NCBI GenBank assembly: GCA_002269645.1
Contig: NIVC01001150.1
Coordinates: 136,422 to 200,421 of the forward strand
Direction of reading: 5' to 3'
Length of the DNA stretch: 64,000 bases
From: Macrostomum lignano
Taxonomy: Eukaryota
Part shown: positions 57,801 through 64,000 of the stretch, piece after piece
How positions within the stretch are numbered: position 1 is the first letter of the stretch
How the letters are laid out: each line of letters begins with the position of its first letter
The notes under the pieces: model-generated
Database searches by the model: none
Seen by the model: the letters and a program-made list of their open reading frames with translations, nothing else
Told to the model about the DNA's origin: nothing
Program-made: the position numbers and the translations under genes

Positions 57801-60800
57801 CATTAGCGACCGATCGGGTTGCTCCGCTGGCCGGGGACAGCGGCTTGTGGATAAATATCCCTGCACTGTCTTTGCCGCTCGCTTCCCTAATATCCGAATG
57901 CCCTGGCGACTCAAAGCTACTCAAACTCAGCGCAGACCGCCGTCAGCCTCCTCTGCTCGCTTCATCATTAAAGAAGAATTTTTGGCATCGACCAAACCCG
58001 GGAGCTGGCATGATGCTCCCCGCCTCCAGACCCCCAGCCCCCGGCACGCTACCGAAATCCTGGCTGCATCAAAGCAGATTAGTGCGGACAGAAGCTGGGC
58101 CTCATCTGCTCCGAGCTCGAGTGCTCCATGAGGAAGCTGGGGGGGGGGGGCAGGTCCGGCTCGCTTCCAGGTCGGGAGGGTCGCCGGAGGGTCTTTGAAG
58201 TGGAGCCTGTGGGGACTTCGGGACAAGTGCGAGAGTGGCCGAAGCGAGGTCGCCAAACAGCAGTCCCGAGGAGGCGTGACTGAGCGGGGCTGTGGGAGCC
58301 GCTGGGATGTCGGGGATTCGAAATTGGCAGCCTCCTCGGCGGTTTCTGCTGCATTGTCCGCGCACAAAAAGTCCAGGGAAAGAAGAAACGGCAGCCTCCC
58401 CTCCTCTGTTTTTTGCAGGCCTGTGGAGACAATTAAGGAAGCTGGGGAGGGAGATGAAGCAGCGGGAGTTGGCCCAGCTACTCTGAGCCTGCTGCTAAAT
58501 TGTTTCGGTCACGCATTCCCTCCGCTCCCAGGCTGCCCTCCCAGTTCCAGGGACTACGGAGATGAGGCAGAAATCCTGGCATTCTTGTCTCTCAGGACCC
58601 CGGCCGCGCCGAGTCAAGTGCTCGGGGACAAAATGCTGCGGCACAAGTGGAGCAGGCGGGAGCAGCAGGAGAGGCACTTTTTAATGAACTCCCATTTATC
58701 TGCCGGCCAGATGCCCTGAGGCTACACAAGGCTTTGTCTGCCTCCCCCGTGAGCCTCCACCGTAATGACATTTGCCAGCCCCCGGCCCGTGATTGCATCA
58801 CCGGCCGCGAGAGACCGGATGCCGGCCCGCGACACCTTCAGTTGGGCCGCCCGCCAGCGCCTGCAGCCCCGGTCCACCCCGCATTCACAGCGCAATCAAC
58901 AACAGCCGCACACAGCTCAGTCTCGCATTATGCGGCCTCATTAGCATGCGCCAGCACTCGGCAGACTGGAGGAAGTCCCGGAGAACGAAAACCGCGACAC
59001 AAAACTGAAACCGGAGATCCCGCCGGCGGAGATAAATTGAGACCGGCGTCACGGTGGGTGAATCACCTGCCTGGCAGCTCTGACTGTTTGCTGTAATCGC
59101 CCTCACAGCTCTCTGCCGGTCCTTATCCGTCTATCCACTGACAATGACTCCAAAGCCGGTCCTTATCCTTCTATCCACTGACAATGACTCCAAAGCCGGT
59201 CATCCGTCTATCCACTGGCAATGACTCCAAAGCCGGTCCTTATCCTCCCATCCACTGGCAATGACTCCAAAGCCGCTCCTTATCCTCACATCCATTGACA
59301 ATGACTCCAAAGCTGGTCCTTATCTTCATAACCACTGGCAATAACTCCAAAGCCGGTTCTTACGAGCGTATCCTTCTAACCACTGACAATGACTCCAAAG
59401 CCGGTCCTTATCCTTCTAACCACTGGCAATGACTCTAAAGCCGGTCCTTATCCTTCTAACCACTGGCAATGACTCCAAAGCCGGTCCTTATCCTTCTAAC
59501 CACTGGCAATGACTCCAAAGCCGGTCCTTATCCTTCTAACCACTGGCAATGACTCCAAAGCCGGTCCTTATCCTTCTAACCACTGGCAATGACTCCAAAG
59601 TGCTTTCGCTTCCCAGCCCGCTCTGCACAGGCGGAAGGGATTCAAAGACCCTGGGGGAGATCAGAAAAGCAAAAGCCAAGAATTTGTAAAGGCGAAGGCG
59701 GCGCCCCTGCCGGGCCTGTGCAGAACTCTCGGCTAAAATCTGACGGTGCGGTAGGGCAGCGCTTGTAAACTCGGGGCTCCAGGTGGGTGCGACCCAGTTG
59801 GGAGACGGCCCAGAATGAGGAGCCGCTGATTTCTGCTCCAAGGCCGGGCATCGCTGAATGCAAGACAGAAAAAAACGAATAAAAAGCTGAATATCTTCTT
59901 TTCACATCAAAGCGGGCCGCGCAGAAGTTTCAGCAGAAGAGGCGCTAAGCTTTTGTGTCCAGCGCCCCCAGCCATTGAATTAGCTCAGCCATCGCGCAGA
60001 GCATAAAATAACTGAGTGACGCCCTCAGCTCCTCAGTTCCCCCAGACAGCCCTCATTGCAACTGTGAAGCATTTTCTGTCGGGAGAAGTTACAATATCTG
60101 CTTGCAGAGCTGTAACCAGGGCTTGAGGCAGCCTTGAGCAAACAGACTCAGTGGCTGCTGAGCTGTGCGCTCTCCTGCTTTGTCTCCGGCCAGACTGGCG
60201 GGGCGCGAAAAAAAGTAAAGAAATTGAGGCCAGAAACACGGAGACAGACAGGAAGAAAAGTGAGAGAGAAAGTTCTGCCCGCCTGGCTGACTCACGGAGA
60301 ACCCCCCCCCCCATGTCTGCTGACGGGGCCACCCACACATGCTGGAGCTGCTGCACTCGGGCCGCAACTTCTGCCACTCGGAGCTGCCGCCCACCCTCCG
60401 CCATTGTCAGGCCTCTCGTGGGCTCGGAGATTGACAGCCCCCAGCTCTGCGATCGCCTCCGCACACCTCAGAGCCACTCAGCGACCTGACACTCCGCTTT
60501 AACTTTCTATTTCCTTTTACTCTCTGCTCTCCCAGCCCGCCTCTGCAGCCCTGTGCTGCCCCGCCCGGCAGCGAAGGACACGCGGATTAGCGAAACATTA
60601 AATCCCCATTTCACCGCCCCCAGCCCCTAGCGCGAAATCCAACACTGGGGCCGAAGCACTTGCGTGAGGCTTCTGCGGCCTCGGTTCCCAGTGAATGCCG
60701 GGACTTTCCCCAGAGTTTCCGCCACTGGGAATAATAAATATTCATTTTTCCCAGGTGGTCGCATGCGGCTGAAATCCGGCCAGGCGGCAGAATCAATGGT

Positions 60801-62928
60801 TGACAAAGAAAACACGCGGGGAGAACAATCCCGGAGCTGGACATTGTGTCTGGCCTGAAGTGGCTGCGGGCGCCAGTTTGCATCGAAAACACGGCACGGA
60901 CAAAGAGAGGCGGGCGGGAACTCGCAGCTTTGTCAGCGCCGGCCAAGGAGACTTGGGACCGGAATCTGGGGTGACACTTTTAGAAATTCAGTCTCATTAA
61001 AAACTGAATAGTCCCCGCGCCTCAATAGCAAACGAGAAGATTCTGTAATCCCGGGGTTATAAGCTTGGCTCAGACAGGGATCTCGAAGCAAGATGCGCCG
61101 TTCTACCTGTATTTTTGAACTTCGATAGAGCTGTTGAAGCCATTTGCCGGGATAAACTCGGTAAAGAAGGGGTTGAAAAACTTTTCTGCATCGAAGCTGG
61201 AAACCGGGATCTGCTGCGTCTGCGAGAGAAAGTAAAAGACTAAAAGAACTCAGGCCTGTTGGGAAAAGTTGTCACTCCAGACCTCAGCGCCCGGTCCTCC
61301 TTGTGCTGGCAACCCCCCCCCCCCTGTTTTGTCCATCGCGTCTCTGCAGGCCGCATTCCGTTGCCGCGGCCGCCTGAGCCGAACGGCAAACAGCTGTGGG
61401 CCGCTGCAAGCCGCGGGAGCTGCCGAGGGAGGCAGCAGTGAAGCACGAATAGCAAACAGACTGCTGCCTCCGGCCCCGTGCCCCCCCCCCCCCCCCAGCT
61501 CTTCATCGCTAACGGCTTGCTGCGGCAGCATCTCAGAGCTACTCGAGCGAGTTGTACGGGGAATTAAGGAGAGAGCAGGGGCTGCGGCCCAGCGGGGGAG
61601 GGGGCGATGGTGAGAAGCAATTGTTCGAGGCGAGACACGATAATGGAGAGGGGCAGTGGCCTCCCCGCTGCCTCACGGGGCCGGGGCTGAGTGCGAATTC
61701 TTTAGTTTTCATTTTCTTCTTCTGTTTTGCCTGGCCAGCTGCTTTCGGCTTGCAGTTGCTGAGGTGGGGTGGCTGTAGAGTCTTGGCAATGCAGAGCTGC
61801 TGCTAGAAAGGCCCAAGGCTGCTCTCATGAGCTCCACTCCCATGTCAGTGTACTTGTTGTTCCCTCAATTACAGAAGACTGCTTGAGAACTGCTTGTACG
61901 CAACCGCGGGTTTTGCTGTGCCTTGCGCAACAGAAAAATACATTGTGAAACAGAAATTGTGAACAGGATCAGTGCATCCTCTCCCCATCCCAGCTCACTC
62001 AGGCAGTGGCTCCCCATCCCAGCTCACACAGGCAGCGGCTCCCCATCCCAGCTCACTCAGACAGTGGCTCCCCATCCCAGCTCACACAGGCAGTGGCTCC
62101 CCATCCCAGCTCACACAGACAGTGGCTCCCCATCCCAGCTCACACAGACAGTGGCTCCCCATCCCAGCTCACACAGGCAGCGGCTCCCCATCCCAGCTCA
62201 CTCAGACAGTGGCTCCCCATCCCAGCTCACACAGACAGTGGCTCCCCATCCCAGCTCACACAGACAGTGGCTCCCCATCCCAGCTCACACAGACAGTGGC
62301 TCCCATCCCAGCTCACTCAGGCAGTGGCTCCCCATCTCAGGCAGTGGCTCCCCATCTCAGGCAGTGGCTCCCCATCTCAGGCAGTGGCTCCCCATCTCAG
62401 GCAGTGGCTCCCCATCCCAGCTCACTCAGGCAGTGGCTCCCCATCTCAGGCAGTGGCTCCCCATCTCAGGCAGTGGCTCCCCATCTCAGGCAGTGGCTCC
62501 CCATCTCAGGCAGTGGCTCCCCATCTCAGGCAGTGGCTCCCCATCTTAGGCAGTGGCTCCCCATCTCAGGCAGTGGCTCCCCATCTCAGGCAGTGGCTCC
62601 CTATCCCAGCTCACTCAGGCAGTGGCTCCCCATCCCAGCTCACGTAGGCGGTGGCGGTGCTGGCCCCGGTGGCAGACAGGTCAGCCGCGGTGATCTCCAC
62701 CTGGTATTGGCCAACCGGGGTGGCCTCCCGGTCGAGCGGCTGCGGCCCGGCGCGCAGGGAGCCGCCGACGGGGTCGAGCTGGAACAGCCGGCGGGACTGC
62801 GGCCGGCTCTGGTTGCCGGCGAAGATGCCGCTGATGAAGTAGCGAATGCCGCCGCTGCCGCCACTGCCGCCCTGCTGCTGCGCCCGCACCTGCAGGATCT
62901 CCTGGCCCTCGGCCAGGCCCTCAGCGAC
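33282..62928 (-). CDS. FAT4: Fat4/Drosophila ft-type giant cadherin, 3' 12 exons (3213 aa): ~20 cadherin repeats, EGF and 2 laminin-G domains, TM and cytoplasmic tail; 5' exons beyond the window
   Basis: Exons 62928-62644, 55379-55160, 54885-54334, 49677-48166, 46490-45532, 43382-43059, 42168-41890, 41059-40646, 40533-39712, 39320-39063, 38019-37606, 36884-33282 total 9642 nt, all GT-AG with matching phases. LDRE/LDFE and DxNDN motifs. The tail has YDLENASSIAASDVD and C-terminal EEFV, matching recalled Fat4/ft motifs (YDLENASSIAPSD, EEYV). Confidence 0.9.
36912..37540. repeat. 18-bp (some 16-bp) minisatellite in the last Fat intron
   Basis: Unit TGAATCTGCATCTCTCCC, ~35 copies. Confidence 0.96.
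37606..38019 (-). CDS. FAT4: Fat4-like exon
   Basis: tccag|VRVAAPLDRE...ATLTFQ|gtgagc. Confidence 0.9.
38077..39018. repeat. 40-bp minisatellite (~23 copies) in a Fat intron
   Basis: Unit GTGTGGGACTGCAGTGCTCAAGCGAGGGGTGCCACTAGAT, with a variant gradient along the array. Confidence 0.96.
39063..39320 (-). CDS. FAT4: Fat4-like exon
   Basis: cgcag|VSNPGPY...DPATGQ|gtacag. Confidence 0.88.
39712..40533 (-). CDS. FAT4: Fat4-like exon
   Basis: cgcag|VDLSIQ...CTLTVQ|gtgagt. Confidence 0.9.
40646..41059 (-). CDS. FAT4: Fat4-like exon
   Basis: cccgcag|LTLPIPV...GINGQ|gtgagc; acceptor chosen by phase. Confidence 0.82.
41100..41250. repeat. Degenerate ~20-bp repeat next to a Fat acceptor
   Basis: Recurring GACCCACATGGA(C/T)ACTC.AT. 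Confidence 0.7.
41890..42168 (-). CDS. FAT4: Fat4-like exon
   Basis: ccacag|APAAIGSVSATDAD...MNASE|gtgaga. Confidence 0.88.
42203..42966. repeat. 21-bp minisatellite (~36 copies) filling a Fat intron
   Basis: Unit CCCACTTGCTGCCCGCTTGTT and variants. Confidence 0.96.
43059..43382 (-). CDS. FAT4: Fat4-like exon
   Basis: ttcag|ASVLEDSPVG...ALPDV|gtaggt. Confidence 0.88.
43403..44402. repeat. Interleaved 33-bp and 25-bp related minisatellites
   Basis: GGCAACAGTTAATGAGATGGGGTTCAGGGGTCA and GGCAGCAGCTGATGAGATGGGGTCA. Confidence 0.96.
44819..45505. repeat. 20-bp minisatellite GCTGTGTATGACCGAACCCA, interrupted by a SINE-like element
   Basis: ~14 copies at 44819-45109 and ~1.5 copies at 45473-45505. 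Confidence 0.94.
45110..45471 (+). mobile_element. tRNA-derived SINE-like element (~360 bp), antisense within a Fat intron
   Basis: A box TAGCCCAGCGG (45120-45130), B-box variant GGCTCGATTCC (45163-45173), tail TAATAAAAAAA, and GCTGTGTATGAC on both flanks. Confidence 0.72.
45532..46490 (-). CDS. FAT4: Fat4-like exon
   Basis: cacag|(G)ALVGGVRAWDPD...SAYFK|gtgtgc. Confidence 0.88.
46503..46762. repeat. Degenerate ~19-bp repeat GGATTAGGGATTTGGAAGG beside a Fat acceptor
   Basis: Visible imperfect periodicity. Confidence 0.8.
47195..47332. repeat. 34-bp repeat, ~4 copies
   Basis: GCCCTCCTGCACCCTCCCTGTTCCCCAGCACTTT. Confidence 0.9.
47965..48092. repeat. ~22-bp repeat, ~5 copies
   Basis: CTGGGGATAAATCTCAxxxAGA. 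Confidence 0.85.
48166..49677 (-). CDS. FAT4: Fat4-like exon
   Basis: cccag|(D)GAASVSL...LATETR G|gtgagc. Confidence 0.9.
51757..52202. repeat. 14-bp minisatellite CTGGATGAAGGGC(G/A)
   Basis: ~30 copies, with a duplicated sub-block containing CTTCAGGATGACGGGCACCAGG. Confidence 0.94.
54334..54885 (-). CDS. FAT4: Fat4-like exon
   Basis: cgcag|(G)LVRLTRM...ADADE G|gtgagc. Confidence 0.88.
55160..55379 (-). CDS. FAT4: Fat4-like exon
   Basis: cgcag|AYVTLTDAND...DAST G|gtgagg. Confidence 0.88.
55393..55640. repeat. 20-bp minisatellite GGGGAATTGCAGTCTATCGT abutting a Fat acceptor
   Basis: ~12 copies ending 13 nt from the AG. Confidence 0.94.
56182..57545. repeat. 12-bp array CACTAGGACAGG (56182-56712) grading into a 10-12-bp CACTAAAACA(G/C)A array (56760-57545)
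   Basis: Directly visible; includes three copies of GAGGGTCACTGAGACATTATG. Confidence 0.95.
59115..59600. repeat. 40-bp minisatellite (~12 copies)
   Basis: CCACTGGCAATGACTCCAAAGCCGGTCCTTATCCTTCTAA. Confidence 0.94.
61978..62643. repeat. 29-bp/20-bp minisatellite beginning at a Fat 5' splice site
   Basis: CCCCATCCCAGCTCACACAGGCAGTGGCT and its deletion derivative CCCCATCTCAGGCAGTGGCT. Confidence 0.95.
62644..62928 (-). CDS. FAT4: Most 5' Fat4-like exon found in the window
   Basis: ttgcag|VAEGLAEGQE...PLDRE...TATAY|gtgagc. Confidence 0.85.
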
Positions 62929-64000
62929 CTGCAAAGCGGGTCGGAGAAAACGCGATTGGATTCGATAGATTTCGAGCAGCCCCCGCTGGGACAAGACCAG
63001 AGGCCCAGTCTTTGTTCTCAAGATTTTTATTGAGCCCCCTCCCCTGGAACAATGGCGGCACGGAAGTAATAAAGAGTTTTTGCGCCAGGGCTGCATTGAA
63101 TTTCAAATCGATACTCGGCTACCACCGGCTTTGGGCCGTCATTATCTCAGCTGGGATTCGTCACGGGGGACCTGGCGGGCCCATTGTGCTCGGGCAGGCC
63201 GCCTGTCATCATTTGCGGCTGAAAACCTGCCCCCCCCCCAGACAGCGTGTCAAAGTGAATCGTGGGCTCAACCAGAGTCAACCAGTTGGCCAATTGGGTT
63301 CCGCACAGTTATTGCTGGCCCTCGCCCTCTCAACTCAAATTCTGACTCAGGGCCGGGGCAGTGAGGCATGGCTCAGCCAAATGCAGTTGGGTAGGCACGT
63401 ACAGAGATGCAGGCAGATGCAGTGGCTTCCAGCCTCCAACTTTCAGCCCCAGTCATGCAGCGGTGCTCAGAGCTGTCCTCGCGCACACGGTGGGCAGCCG
63501 CGACAGCCAGGCAGACTGGGGAGCCACAGAGAACACGCAGTGCAGAAGCTGCATGCACGGCGGAGCAGCTGCTCACCAACTGCAGCTTTGGCATTGTTCT
63601 CCCAACTCTCTCCCCTGCTCCCCCTCCACCCGGTAGCCGCCAGCCCAGCGCACAGAGGATCGGGCGAGGCGAAATGCGGCTGCACTTTTCATCCCCCCCC
63701 ATTCCCTGCGGGCCCGCCAGCCGGGCCACCTGCCGAGCCATTTGCAGTGCGCTGGCGAGTCCCGGCTGCTCCACATGCAGGTTGTGTAAATTCTGCCGCT
63801 TGCTCCTCCCCTTCCCTCCTTCCACAGAACGATGGTGCTGAAAGCTTGGCAACCAGTTCTTTGCCAAGGACAACTTAACAGTTTCGTAACAGTTTAACGA
63901 AGTGACTTCAGTGGTCCTTGTTCTTTGCATGCACAGCGAAAAACTTGCCCGGGTGCAAATAAACTGCTGTTGGCTCTCAGTTTGCAGGGGCGATCGGGCA

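Noticed and set aside
49678-62000. TEAD/Scalloped GGAATG motifs in Fat introns suggesting Hippo feedback
   Set aside because: The handful seen is no more than expected for a 6-mer over this length.
1251-62643. CRISPR-like arrays
   Set aside because: Units are head-to-tail with no unique spacers, there are no cas genes, and the context is eukaryotic.
1251-62643. Apparent enrichment of AGCT/TGCA palindromes in repeat units
   Set aside because: Present in only about half of the units, and plausibly explained by the CAG/CTG-rich background.

Overview
Eukaryotic (animal) genomic DNA with GC3-rich spliced genes, GT-AG introns, two AT-rich intergenic blocks and about 25 different minisatellite arrays. 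This style suggests a flatworm such as Macrostomum (inference only). Genes reconstructed by hand: the last exon of a trypsin-like protease (+, 175-302); a theta-class GST with a 1-bp frameshift and no locatable first exon (-, 5644-6610); a 5-exon ER Hsp70 BiP/HSPA5 ending KEEL (+, 8580-14104); an intronless MATH-like/BTB gene (-, 17582-18775); two tandem, divergent, intronless 4-TM genes (+, 28596-29213 and ~29954-30685); and the 3' 12 exons (3213 codons) of a Fat4/ft-type giant cadherin (-, 33282-62928, 5' part beyond the window). There is also a tRNA-derived SINE-like element. I found no proven new system. The best candidates are (i) the 4-TM pair, joined by an array of ~23 ATG-xxx-xxx-stop mini-ORFs that starts in gene 1's stop codon and ends in gene 2's ATG with no poly(A) signal between them, and (ii) gene-specific minisatellites repeatedly anchored at splice signals and stop codons. 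Most long ORFs in the supplied track are artefacts of repeats or GC3 antisense shadows.
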